The notes under the pieces were generated by a model. The model was not told the origin of the DNA. It did not search any database and worked only from the letters and a program-made list of their open reading frames with translations. Made by a program: the position numbers and the translations under genes. Of a stretch of 60,003 nucleotides of DNA, positions 40,854 to 50,119 are shown piece by piece. Where the stretch lies: IMG/VR virus record IMGVR_UViG_3300005573_000104, positions 1-60,003 of that record. The stretch is one strand, 5' to 3'. Within the stretch, counting starts at the first letter, position 1; each line of letters begins with the position of its first letter. The stretch is from a virus. Lineage: Duplodnaviria > Caudoviricetes.

Positions 40854-41047
40854 AAAGACATTGGACTTAATTTTTTCTAGATATTCTAAATATAATGATT
40901 TAGATTCTGCAATAGCCAGGTTTGGGTTTGATCTTCTTAATAACCCGGATGAATTTGGACTTTCTCGTAAAGAGATGGAAAGAGCATTAAATTTTTGTAA
41001 AAAATTTCTTTCATCTAAGGACCTATTAATTATTTTGAATTAACTGG

Positions 41048-42046
41048 ATGCTAGCATTCTCAGATCTAGAGAAGTCAGCTGGGGTTGAGCTAACATATGA
41101 TATCATAAATAAATCATATGAGCTCTTTTTGCATCTAAAATCCGATCATGATGATTCAGTTTTTGAGGATTTTATAAAGACTTCTCTTCCAATTATTAGT
41201 TCGGTAATTAAGACAGTATCTATTAACAGGGGTATTTTATTAAAAGATTTTGATAATGATGAACTAAGACAACAATTGTTGGTGGACCTTATCTCTCTGA
41301 TAAATTCTACAAACGTTTTTCCGTCATCAAATGCTTATTATGTTTATTTGAAAAAGAAATTTAGTGGGACCGTAAATGAATTTATAACAGATAATTTAAA
41401 AATGGGTATTGATTTAGATGACGAAAGTAATAATATTGCCGATGAAAGTACTGATGATGATATCTCTCCATATATCAGTGAGATATTAAGTATTTTAGAA
41501 AAATTCTTAGCTTTTTCAAAAAAGAATGAACGGGAAGCTATTTTGTATATAGCAAGGTCTATTCTTGATCCTGGGGTAAAGTCTTCCCCTTTTATTATTT
41601 TTCAAAAGTTTTCTATTAGAAGATCTTTTTATAATATTTTACTTAAAAGAGCTCATTTTCTACTTAAACTTTCCTATCTTGTCCAGCAGGAATATCTTAC
41701 TTTGAGAGAGGTTTATAAATTTAGAGGGGATCACGTGAAAATAGATAAGTTGTATTTGAGCTTGATGTTGTTAGATAACTATAGATACCTTCCAGATCTG
41801 CTTTTTGTATTTGGAGATAAACTTCCATACCTTCTTAAGGTTCTTGGTGGTAAGTCTATCTCTCTTCCCGATGAAAATGAGATAAAAGATGTTTCCAGGA
41901 AGGTTGATATTTTTATGGCTGTTGAAGAAGATGGTTCGGAGGATAACATTAATTTTTTATCAAAGAAATATAGTATGTCAAAGAAGGATATATTGGATTT
42001 ACATTTGTTTATTTCTAATAAGTTGAGGAATTTGATAAAAAAATGA
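41048..42046 (+). CDS. putative transcription factor: sigma region-2-like N-part, Mor-like C-terminal domain
   Basis: LPIISSVIK...DELRQQLL; C-terminal LLKVLGGKSISLP...LSKKYSMS resembles Mor/C activators. Confidence 0.45.
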   Translation: MLAFSDLEKSAGVELTYDIINKSYELFLHLKSDHDDSVFEDFIKTSLPIISSVIKTVSINRGILLKDFDNDELRQQLLVDLISLINSTNVFPSSNAYYVYLKKKFSGTVNEFITDNLKMGIDLDDESNNIADESTDDDISPYISEILSILEKFLAFSKKNEREAILYIARSILDPGVKSSPFIIFQKFSIRRSFYNILLKRAHFLLKLSYLVQQEYLTLREVYKFRGDHVKIDKLYLSLMLLDNYRYLPDLLFVFGDKLPYLLKVLGGKSISLPDENEIKDVSRKVDIFMAVEEDGSEDNINFLSKKYSMSKKDILDLHLFISNKLRNLIKK

Positions 42047-42381
42047 AAATAGAAATTGATGATAAATTGCTGGAGAAGATAGTATCTTCTTCTGATGATG
42101 AAGTTCAGCAGGCCAGGATGCTGGTTGAAAGTATGTTAGACTCTAAAGCAAAAAGATTGTTTGCTTATTCAATAGCTGTTATGATTAAGAGGCTTGAGAG
42201 TCTGATTGAATTTTCTAATAAACTAAATGTTATTGAGACTAAGTTACTAGAAAGAAGTGCCAATAATTTGTCTGATAAGGAATTATTGGATTTTTATACT
42301 AGGTTAAATAATGAATATAGAGAACAACTTTCTATGTTGATCTCAGTTTTAGATATGGCAAAGGATGAAATCAATGCATAG
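42043..42381 (+). CDS. hypothetical helical protein, similar to 42699..43250
   Basis: KIVS...RLExLxE...QLSxL pattern shared. Confidence 0.55.
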   Translation: MKIEIDDKLLEKIVSSSDDEVQQARMLVESMLDSKAKRLFAYSIAVMIKRLESLIEFSNKLNVIETKLLERSANNLSDKELLDFYTRLNNEYREQLSMLISVLDMAKDEINA

Positions 42382-42721
42382 GCGATCTACTTTACTTAAT
42401 GAAAAAGAGCTGGTTAGAAAGCTTAAGAATTCTTTTAAAGAATTGCAGGTTTCTAACGAAAATTGGGAAGAGATTGTTAGGGATACATTTAGGTATATGA
42501 GAGAGTCATTAGCTGAGGGTAATTTTATAGCCTTAAAAAATTTTGGGAATTTTTCTTTAAGGAGACGTAAATCGTATACCAGGCCTTCTGGGATAGTGCC
42601 AGAGGGAGTGATACATGTTCCTGAAGAGATTCAGGTTATATTTACTCCAAGTGTTAATCTTCATGATGATTTACAGAAGTTATTAAAGGTAATTAAGGAT
42701 GAGCGAATTACCGAAGATTAA
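42365..42721 (+). CDS. HU/IHF-family DNA-binding protein
   Basis: LAEG..IALKNFGNFSLRRRK...R...VIFTPS. Confidence 0.85.
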   Translation: MKSMHRRSTLLNEKELVRKLKNSFKELQVSNENWEEIVRDTFRYMRESLAEGNFIALKNFGNFSLRRRKSYTRPSGIVPEGVIHVPEEIQVIFTPSVNLHDDLQKLLKVIKDERITED

Positions 42722-43250
42722 TGATATAGTTACTAAGATCGTATCAAAAGAAGATACTTCTAGCTTTGATTCAGATTTTCTTTTGCAGCTAAAGAGAAGT
42801 GTTGATTCTGTTACTGCTATTTATACTTTTAATCAGTTTAGAAGACTTGAGAGATTAATGGAGGTTATTGACTGGGGAGAATCTATTATTTACAATCCTG
42901 AAAGGTTAGCTAGCCTTCAGTCAAATTTTGAGGAAGTAAATAAGATTTTATACAATGCTCAGAATCAGTTATCTGAGATATTGAAATTTCTTGGTGATTT
43001 ATCAGTAAGATTAGCCCCAGTACAGGGTGCTGACCAATTTAGATCCTACATATCCCAGGCCTTTATCAATGTAAATTCGGTCTCTAATAGGACCTTGAAT
43101 ATTAATCAACCTTCTATCTTGGATAGAGATTCTAGAGAAAAGATAAGGTTGTTGGCTTCAAAGTTTATTGATTTAATAAAGAGTGAAAAGAAACAAGAGG
43201 AGAATTTAAATGAGTATGGAAATCAGGAACCAAAAACTGGAAGCGATTGA
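42699..43250 (+). CDS. hypothetical helical protein (terminase small subunit candidate)
   Basis: Coiled-coil character; C-terminal DRDSREKIR; similarity to 42043..42381. Confidence 0.35.
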   Translation: MSELPKINDIVTKIVSKEDTSSFDSDFLLQLKRSVDSVTAIYTFNQFRRLERLMEVIDWGESIIYNPERLASLQSNFEEVNKILYNAQNQLSEILKFLGDLSVRLAPVQGADQFRSYISQAFINVNSVSNRTLNINQPSILDRDSREKIRLLASKFIDLIKSEKKQEENLNEYGNQEPKTGSD

Positions 43251-43461
43251 TGATTATTTTGATAGGATAAATAAGAAAATGGAGAATTTAATGAAAGATA
43301 AGACGTATGATAGGTATTGTCCAATATGTAGCAAACCAATTCGTGAGGGTGATGATGTGACAGTTATAGATGCTACAAATAGGATACTGGCTCATAAGGT
43401 TTGTTTAGAAAGCTTGAAAAAGGAAAATAAGACAGATAATAGGAAGCTTTTGATTGATTGA
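43210..43461 (+). CDS. small zinc-finger protein
   Basis: CPICSKPI...HKVC. Confidence 0.6.
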   Translation: MSMEIRNQKLEAIDDYFDRINKKMENLMKDKTYDRYCPICSKPIREGDDVTVIDATNRILAHKVCLESLKKENKTDNRKLLID

Positions 43462-43464
43462 GTT

Positions 43465-44088
43465 ATGATTAACTTAGATAATGTTACTTTACTTTGTGTT
43501 GATTGTATTCATCCTCAGCTAGCTCTAAAAGCCATAGATATAAGTACTAGAGGAATTAATTTTGGTAAGATTAAATTGATTACCGATGTTTCAAATCGTA
43601 CAATTGGTTCATCTGTCAATATTAATAACTTCTTTGTTTATACTACAGGTTTGGTTACTGATATTAGGACTTACAGTAAATTTATTATAAACAATCTTAT
43701 TAATTATGTTGATACTGATTATTGTTTAATAATTCAATATGATGGCTATATTCTTAATCCATCTGCCTGGGATTATAGATTTCTTGACTATGATTATATT
43801 GGTGCACCATGGTGGGATAGAGTAGTTGGAAATGGAGGATTTTCTTTACGTAGTAAGAAGTTTCTTGAGGCATCTTCCAAGCTTGGTATTAAAGATATTA
43901 ACTCTGGTGAGGATGATGTTTTATGTAGGCAGTATAGAAGTGTTCTTGAGAATATGTCTATTAGGTTTGCTCCATATGAGCTAGCCAGTAAATTTTCTAT
44001 TGAATATTGTGGACCAAATGGTTATAAGTGGAATGGCGAGTTTGGATTTCATGATTTCAGAACTGATATAAGTGCAGCTATTAAATAA
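43465..44088 (+). CDS. DUF5672-like glycosyltransferase-fold protein
   Basis: LIIQYDG, FLDYDYIGAPW, VGNGGFSLRS, ED, FGFH. Confidence 0.8.
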   Translation: MINLDNVTLLCVDCIHPQLALKAIDISTRGINFGKIKLITDVSNRTIGSSVNINNFFVYTTGLVTDIRTYSKFIINNLINYVDTDYCLIIQYDGYILNPSAWDYRFLDYDYIGAPWWDRVVGNGGFSLRSKKFLEASSKLGIKDINSGEDDVLCRQYRSVLENMSIRFAPYELASKFSIEYCGPNGYKWNGEFGFHDFRTDISAAIK

Positions 44089-44100
44089 CTAACTTAAGAA

Positions 44101-44430
44101 ATGACAAATTTTAGATTTATTGATCTTACTAAGAAACAACTACGTAAGTTGAAAGCTCTTAGTCCTATTCCAGTTTATTTGGAGTTTTTTGCTCCTGGTG
44201 AAGTTCTGATATCTATTTCTGATGAAACATCTCAAGAGATAAAAATTCATCCTGATTTTGGTGCCATTTTTAAGTTACCAGAAAATAACGGACCAGGTAC
44301 TTTTTATTATACTGTTCCGCAATGTTTGACAGATGATTTTATTAAATTTTTATTGATGTATTATAAGGGATTTTTTAAAACTGATATTTATAAGTTATGT
44401 TTAAGACAATATTTTGAATACTGTGAGTGA
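44101..44430 (+). CDS. hypothetical protein
   Basis: 109 aa ORF in operon. Confidence 0.55.
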   Translation: MTNFRFIDLTKKQLRKLKALSPIPVYLEFFAPGEVLISISDETSQEIKIHPDFGAIFKLPENNGPGTFYYTVPQCLTDDFIKFLLMYYKGFFKTDIYKLCLRQYFEYCE

Positions 44431-44951
44431 AGATAATGGCATTTGGTCCCAATACATATGTTATGATAAATGATGGCTCAGTCCAGTTGTTAAGTTCTCT
44501 TGTTCCATTATCTGATATTTGTACTTATGGCTGGAATAGTGATAGTAGAATTATACCAGTTATAAATACTGTTGAAAATCCAGTATCTGTTTCTGAGTCT
44601 GTTATTATTACTATGTTTGATGATTATGAGATAGAATGTGATCCAAATCAACAGTTTCTTCTATATTCTGGTATTTATAAGTATGCTTATACTCTGATTC
44701 CAAATGATGTTCTTATGTCTGCTGTCGGAATGAATTCTAATGGATATCAGAAAAACCTTGCTCAATTGACTGTTGGAGTGTTTAAACCATATTCGGGGAC
44801 CAGTCCTAATTATGTTGTTGAACCATTTCCTGGAAATATTGTTAACTCTATTAGGTTATTTTCTAACAAATCTCCTGTTACTATGTATTCATTGTATAAC
44901 GAGATAACAAATAATTATGCTCTAGGAAATGGAGTTTTTGTTCATGTTTAA
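44427..44951 (+). CDS. free-standing Hint (intein-like) domain lacking splicing residues
   Basis: Block A-like AFGPNTYVMINDG; block B-like IECDPNQQFLL.SG.YK.A..L.PND; block F/G-like MYSL....TNNYALGNGVFVHV-stop. Confidence 0.7.
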   Translation: MKIMAFGPNTYVMINDGSVQLLSSLVPLSDICTYGWNSDSRIIPVINTVENPVSVSESVIITMFDDYEIECDPNQQFLLYSGIYKYAYTLIPNDVLMSAVGMNSNGYQKNLAQLTVGVFKPYSGTSPNYVVEPFPGNIVNSIRLFSNKSPVTMYSLYNEITNNYALGNGVFVHV

Positions 44952-44957
44952 TAATAA

Positions 44958-45254
44958 TTGGATGAAGCTATGAGTAGTTTTTTATCTTTCTATATGATTT
45001 CGGGATCAGATAGGTTACAGTTTAAACAACCAATAATTGTTGAAGTTAGTCGCTCTTCTGATAGTGATATTTGGATAGCTGATTATCCGGAGTTAAATAT
45101 CTATGGTGAGGGCGAAGATGAAAGTCAGGCAATAGAAGACTTTAAGCTTGCCCTTGAGGAATCTTATTTTGGTTTAAAAAAGGATAAAGAGAAGTTAGGC
45201 ACAGAATTAAAGCAGAAATGGGATGTTTTTCAACAAATCATTCAGGAAAAATAA
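44958..45254 (+). CDS. HicB-like antitoxin domain protein
   Basis: WIADYPELNIYGEGEDESQAIEDFKLAL. Confidence 0.7.
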   Translation: MDEAMSSFLSFYMISGSDRLQFKQPIIVEVSRSSDSDIWIADYPELNIYGEGEDESQAIEDFKLALEESYFGLKKDKEKLGTELKQKWDVFQQIIQEK

Positions 45255-45285
45255 TATTTATCAAAAATAAATATGGAGGATAACT

Positions 45286-45588
45286 ATGAGTGATAAATTT
45301 GATCTTCAACCATTATCTGATCGTTTAATAATAAAGCCTATAGAATATGAAGAAAAGACAAAAGGTGGACTGTTTATTCCAGATGTAGCTAAGGAACGTC
45401 CTCAGCAGGGTATGGTGGTTGCTGCTGGTCCTGGGAGACTGAATGATGAAGGAAAAGAAATTCCAATGAGAGTAAAAGTAGGTGATAAGGTTCTTTATGG
45501 GAAATATACTGGAACTCAGATTACTTATGATGATGTTGAATATATAATTATGAAAGAAACTGAAATTCTGGCTATAATCAATAGGTAA
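45286..45588 (+). CDS. groES: co-chaperonin GroES
   Basis: PLSDR, KTKGGLFIPD.AKE.PQ.G.VVAAGPG, VKVGDKVLYGKY. Confidence 0.97.
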   Translation: MSDKFDLQPLSDRLIIKPIEYEEKTKGGLFIPDVAKERPQQGMVVAAGPGRLNDEGKEIPMRVKVGDKVLYGKYTGTQITYDDVEYIIMKETEILAIINR

Positions 45589-45665
45589 ACTAACTGTTGA
45601 ATATTTTATTATATTTTTTGCTAAAAACTACTTGACAAATATATATTTTTGTATATAATATAAGT

Positions 45666-46289
45666 ATGTATAAAATTGGTCAGTTTTCAAAGCTTACAGG
45701 CATATCAATACCAACTTTAAGAGTATGGGATAAAAAAGAAATATTAAAACCAGAATTTAAAACGCCACATGGAGAAAGAAGATATAGTGATGCTCAACTA
45801 CAGAGTATACTTCAGAAGAAATCAGATATATCACGTATTAATATAGGTTATGCAAGAGTAAGTTCAAAGAAGCAAGAAAATGATTTAAAAAGACAGATTG
45901 ATCTATTAGAGCTGTTTTTAACAAAACAAGGTAAACCTTTTAAAATAATCTCTGATATAGGAAGCGGTATAAATTACTCAAAAGCAGGGTTAAAAGAATT
46001 AATAAAGTTAATATCATTAAACCAAATAGATAAAATTTATGTTCTGTATAAAGACAGGCTTGTTAGATTTGGCTTTGAACTTATAGAAGAATTTGCAAAA
46101 CTTCACAGTACAAATATTGAAATAGTTAATCAAACAGAGGATAAAACTGACGAGGAAGAGTTAGTAGAAGATATTTTAAATATAATTCACGTTTTTTCTT
46201 GTAAGCTGAATGGTAAGAAAAGCCATATAAACAAGAGAGTGGCTGAAAGGTTATTAAATGAGAACTACTCTGAAAAAACAGGACATTAA
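45666..46289 (+). CDS. tnpA: IS607 serine recombinase TnpA
   Basis: MerR HTH TLRVWD...GERRY, YARVSS, DIGSG, DRLVRFG. Confidence 0.95.
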   Translation: MYKIGQFSKLTGISIPTLRVWDKKEILKPEFKTPHGERRYSDAQLQSILQKKSDISRINIGYARVSSKKQENDLKRQIDLLELFLTKQGKPFKIISDIGSGINYSKAGLKELIKLISLNQIDKIYVLYKDRLVRFGFELIEEFAKLHSTNIEIVNQTEDKTDEEELVEDILNIIHVFSCKLNGKKSHINKRVAERLLNENYSEKTGH

Positions 46290-47841
46290 CTCTAACGAAG
46301 AGCTAAGAACTCTATCTATAAGAATAAACTCAACCAAACTAAACAAAAAAATTCTATCTTTAGTTTATTCCTACCGTCACTTTGAAAATATCCTACTTAT
46401 CCTTATAAAGCAAAACTATGAGCTCTATATTCAAGGAAAAGACATAAACGATTTTAAATATCTTACTAATAAACAGACATTAAGAAATGCTCTTTTAGAC
46501 TATAAAACTAAAAATTCAAAGGATTCAAACTACTTAAATGAAAAATATAAAGACAGCGAACTATGGCAAAGTCTTAAAAAAACAGCTAAGACTATAAAAC
46601 AACACAACTTTGTATACATAATAGACAGAGTAAAATCAAATTATAAAACATATTTTACTAATATGCAGATGTGGCATGAAAACCTAAGCTTATTTACAGG
46701 AATGCCTAAACCACCAAGACCTAAAAAGCTTTCTAAGCTAACTAACTATGCGATTGACATAGACAGATATACAGCTTTGTCTTTTGTTAAGCTAGAGAAT
46801 AAAAACCTTATAGGCGTAAATTTATCAAACAAGATGTTTTATATAAACTGCAATTCTACGCAAGTTAAAAAATTGACAGACCTGGATAAGCTCTACTCTG
46901 CAAAGATTGTTTACGACAATGGCTTATTGTATTTAAATATTTCCTATCTTAAAAAGACAACTAATTTTATACCACTTGTAGTTAAAGAGTCAGGTATTGA
47001 TATTGGTATAGACAACCTTGCAGCTGTTTTTGTGAATGATAAAACAACACCTTCTCTTATAATAGATGGCAAACCATTTAAACATTATAATGCAAAATTC
47101 AACAGGCTATTATCAAAACTCAATGAATCAAAATCTCAAGAGGTGTTAGAGTGGAGAACTTCTAAAACAGGTATAAAATATCCTGTAAAATATACTCAAA
47201 GAGGCAAAGACATAAATAAATTCATATCGTTCTTGTACTCCAAAAGAAACAGATATTTTTATGATCAATTCCATAAAGTCTCAAAGCGTATTGTAGAATA
47301 TCTGCACTTTAACAACGTAACAGATCTTTACTTATCTAAAAACCTTGCAGAACTTAAAAATAATGGTAAATGCAAATTAAGCAAATTAGTAAAGCAGGGT
47401 TTTATACAAATACCCTTTATAAGGTTTTTAAAAAACATTGAATATAAAGCTCAAGAGCTAGGTATAAATATTCACTGGATAGATGAATCCTATTCTTCTA
47501 AATCAAGCTGTGTATCAGATGATATAATTAGCATACAGCTGAATAAGCCAAAATCAACTAATGCTTTCAATGGAAAGCGTGTTGAAAGGGGATTGTTTTT
47601 AGATACCTTACTAAACAAAGTATTCAATGCTGACATTAACGGTGCAGTAAATCATATTAAGATTGGAGTTGCAAAAAGCTTTGAGTGGCTAAAAAACAGC
47701 TTGTTTAAGCTGTGCAATCCAATAAAAATAAGAAGTGACTACGAATTCTGTAGGTTTTTAAAGAGCTTGCAGGATAGTGTGTCAGGTAAGTCTGTGCTAT
47801 GTACAAATCAAAGCATAGAGGCGTCGGTGTCTACTGTATGA
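46258..47841 (+). CDS. tnpB: TnpB (large, rearranged RuvC-II, no CxxC zinc finger)
   Basis: GIDIG, DESYSSK, GKRVERGLF, NADINGAVN. Confidence 0.9.
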   Translation: MRTTLKKQDINSNEELRTLSIRINSTKLNKKILSLVYSYRHFENILLILIKQNYELYIQGKDINDFKYLTNKQTLRNALLDYKTKNSKDSNYLNEKYKDSELWQSLKKTAKTIKQHNFVYIIDRVKSNYKTYFTNMQMWHENLSLFTGMPKPPRPKKLSKLTNYAIDIDRYTALSFVKLENKNLIGVNLSNKMFYINCNSTQVKKLTDLDKLYSAKIVYDNGLLYLNISYLKKTTNFIPLVVKESGIDIGIDNLAAVFVNDKTTPSLIIDGKPFKHYNAKFNRLLSKLNESKSQEVLEWRTSKTGIKYPVKYTQRGKDINKFISFLYSKRNRYFYDQFHKVSKRIVEYLHFNNVTDLYLSKNLAELKNNGKCKLSKLVKQGFIQIPFIRFLKNIEYKAQELGINIHWIDESYSSKSSCVSDDIISIQLNKPKSTNAFNGKRVERGLFLDTLLNKVFNADINGAVNHIKIGVAKSFEWLKNSLFKLCNPIKIRSDYEFCRFLKSLQDSVSGKSVLCTNQSIEASVSTV

Positions 47842-47887
47842 GTAAGCTTTTAACAGAAAATGGTAGACGTAAGTCGACGGCAATACT

Positions 47888-48718
47888 ATGAAATTTAGTA
47901 AGACTCTTCCCTTTTACGGCCATAACATATCTCTTAATCGTCGAATTGGTGATGAGATAGGTATGACAGCTGTTATAAGATACTATATTGATCACTTTAA
48001 TCTTCCTGTATATTATAAAGATAATAATAGGTATATATCTGCTAGAAGGATATTTCCTGATGGGCTTGTTAACTTTCTTGAACTTTATGAGAAGATTCCT
48101 GAATCTCAGTTTCTCCAGGAATATTGTATATGGATTTTTACTCCATTTCTTAGAGAGATTGGGATATATTCTTCAAGCAGATATAAAATGAAGGGGAATC
48201 CTTCTATTGATGTGTTGATGGTACCACTATTTAAACCAGGATATAATCCTTACCGTGAGTGGGATGTTAATTTTACTATAAAAGCTTATAATGCTATAAG
48301 GGAAAAGGTATCGAATATGAAAATAGTTGTTGATGCTAATAAGCTTACTTATGAGTTGATGCAGCTTCCTGGTTTAGTTGTAAGGAATTCCCCTTATGAG
48401 ATTTTTGATCTGGTATGTGATTCGAAAGTATTTATTGGTGGGGATTCTGGGTTCTCCCATTTTGCTGGTTCTGTTGGTCACAATAAAATGATTTTATTAT
48501 ATGGTGATCATAGTAAGTACGGGTCATTTGATGGATGGTATAGGCAGAGAGAGCAGATGGCTGATGAGTTAGAGGATGATAGATTATTGAAGGCTAAATT
48601 GGTATTTGATACTAGACCGTGTTGCTCATTAGACAATTTTACTGAACTTGAGTTAATAAACAATAAAGTTGATATTGATTTATTGAAAAATACTATAATT
48701 AACTATTTGGAGGTATAA
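47888..48718 (+). CDS. GT-B glycosyltransferase (GT9-like)
   Basis: RIGD near the N-terminus; FIGGDSGFSHFA. Confidence 0.7.
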   Translation: MKFSKTLPFYGHNISLNRRIGDEIGMTAVIRYYIDHFNLPVYYKDNNRYISARRIFPDGLVNFLELYEKIPESQFLQEYCIWIFTPFLREIGIYSSSRYKMKGNPSIDVLMVPLFKPGYNPYREWDVNFTIKAYNAIREKVSNMKIVVDANKLTYELMQLPGLVVRNSPYEIFDLVCDSKVFIGGDSGFSHFAGSVGHNKMILLYGDHSKYGSFDGWYRQREQMADELEDDRLLKAKLVFDTRPCCSLDNFTELELINNKVDIDLLKNTIINYLEV

Positions 48719-48719
48719 T

Positions 48720-49310
48720 ATGGGAACAACTGTGGATGAATTCGATACTGCCCCTGCTCTGTTTCTTGCTGATAAAAGTAGGGAGTCTGCTAAGTTTATT
48801 AATATCAAATATGAAAGGACTTTTGATCTTGATAAATTGAGGATAATCGGTTTAAAAGACAATTATTTATTTGTCAGGACTATTGATGTATTTGAGTTTA
48901 ATAAAGTTACGGCTACGGTAGAAAACAGAATTAGGGTTGGCTTAAAAGATAATATTTCTGCAGAGATAGTTGGTACAAAGGTTTCTTCTGTCTGTGATGC
49001 TGGGTTTAGAGGATGTATTGAGTTTAAGATATTATTAACCAAATATGGTGTAGAATTAGCAAAGAAAGCTCTTGTTAATAGGTTTACAAAATCTGTGGGT
49101 AAAAGAGAATCTGAAAGCTTAAGAATGTTATTAAGTTCTATAAATCAGTCGTTTCAGTTGTATCTCCACCCGTGTGATAATAATTATTATATTGATAATA
49201 ATGCTGGAATGATAGCTCCTAATTATGTGTTCTTTTATGATAATCGAGATCTGTCTAAAAAAGCAAGCATTTTTAAAAAATTGAGATTATTCAGTCTTAC
49301 TAACAAATAG
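48720..49310 (+). CDS. divergent dCTP deaminase/dUTPase-like protein
   Basis: RTID.F...TATVENR...CDAGFRGCI resembles the dcd motif DAGFxGxI; other catalytic residues not conserved. Confidence 0.3.
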   Translation: MGTTVDEFDTAPALFLADKSRESAKFINIKYERTFDLDKLRIIGLKDNYLFVRTIDVFEFNKVTATVENRIRVGLKDNISAEIVGTKVSSVCDAGFRGCIEFKILLTKYGVELAKKALVNRFTKSVGKRESESLRMLLSSINQSFQLYLHPCDNNYYIDNNAGMIAPNYVFFYDNRDLSKKASIFKKLRLFSLTNK

Positions 49311-49346
49311 ATATAATTCTTGTTTTTAACGGTTTAATGTTTGTAT

Positions 49347-49692
49347 TATAAGGCTTTAATTAATCTATTGACAAATATAGTTGTTTGCGATTTTGAATGT
49401 AGGTTTTGTGGTACCAATCTTCATGCTGATGTGAATGCAGCTAGAAATCACCTTGCAAGAAGTTCTTGCGGGGTTATTAACGTTTACAAAAGCAAGAAGG
49501 TTGTTCTTCATATTCTGGTGAGTAGATTTTTATCTATCCTATCAGATATGGAGCATAAATTTGGAATGCCTCATAGTAAGGCTAAGGGCTTACTGTCAGG
49601 GAATCTTTATTTTAAGGAAGCTCTGGCACAGTCCGAAGGGTTTTTGTAGATTGTTGTGTGTTTATATTTGTCTATAAAAATTCATACTATTA
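49347..49692 (+). mobile_element. internally deleted non-autonomous copy of the IS607 at 28423-30513
   Basis: Left end CTTTAAxTAATCTATTGACAAATATA fused to a near-identical copy of ~30207-30513 (3' end of tnpB plus right end CATACTATTA). Confidence 0.9.
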
Positions 49693-49738
49693 GTCGGTTT
49701 TTTTAGACTTATTATACCTATTTTGAAAGGAATTGGTT

Positions 49739-50119
49739 ATGGATATTAAAAATTTACTTAAAACTCTTCCCGCTGATGAAATAGTTGATTCATTAACAAA
49801 TGAGGATCATACTGATCATTTTTTGAATAGCTATGGAAGGGAAACTCAAGGTTTTTATTCTACAGATGTTGATAATGATAATCTAGAGGGTGATGATAAT
49901 ACTGACGGTGAAGAGGATACTATTGATCCCGAGGTTGAAAATAGCCTTTCAGAAATAAAAGATGCTATTTCTAGATATGTTGATTCCCATCCAGATTGTG
50001 ATTTGAAAGACTTTATTAAGATGGTGCATGATGCTGTAGATGAAGTGGAAGAGCATTATGAGGATGATGGTGAAGAAGAATATGATAGTGATGAAGAATA
50101 CGGAACCGAAGAAAAATGA
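49739..50119 (+). CDS. highly acidic hypothetical protein
   Basis: D/E-rich; N-terminal DEIVDSLTNE motif. Confidence 0.65.
   Translation: MDIKNLLKTLPADEIVDSLTNEDHTDHFLNSYGRETQGFYSTDVDNDNLEGDDNTDGEEDTIDPEVENSLSEIKDAISRYVDSHPDCDLKDFIKMVHDAVDEVEEHYEDDGEEEYDSDEEYGTEEK

Larger units (their letters stand above)
45586..47880 (+). mobile_element. IS607-family element (tnpA + tnpB)
   Basis: tnpA/tnpB pair with A-rich composition unlike the flanks; ends inferred from GG at 45584-45585 and 47879-47880 (IS607 GG core); promoter TTGACA (45632) and TATAAT (45654). Confidence 0.8.

Noticed and set aside
46258-47841. TnpB as a nuclease-dead (TldR-like) regulator because the usual RuvC-II Glu and CxxC are missing
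   Set aside because: DESYSS supplies the relocated Glu seen in this TnpB subgroup, both Asp motifs are intact, and it remains linked to tnpA
49341-49649. 102 aa ORF as an independent gene
   Set aside because: It is the tnpB 3' fragment of the mini-element read through from the left end; no RBS
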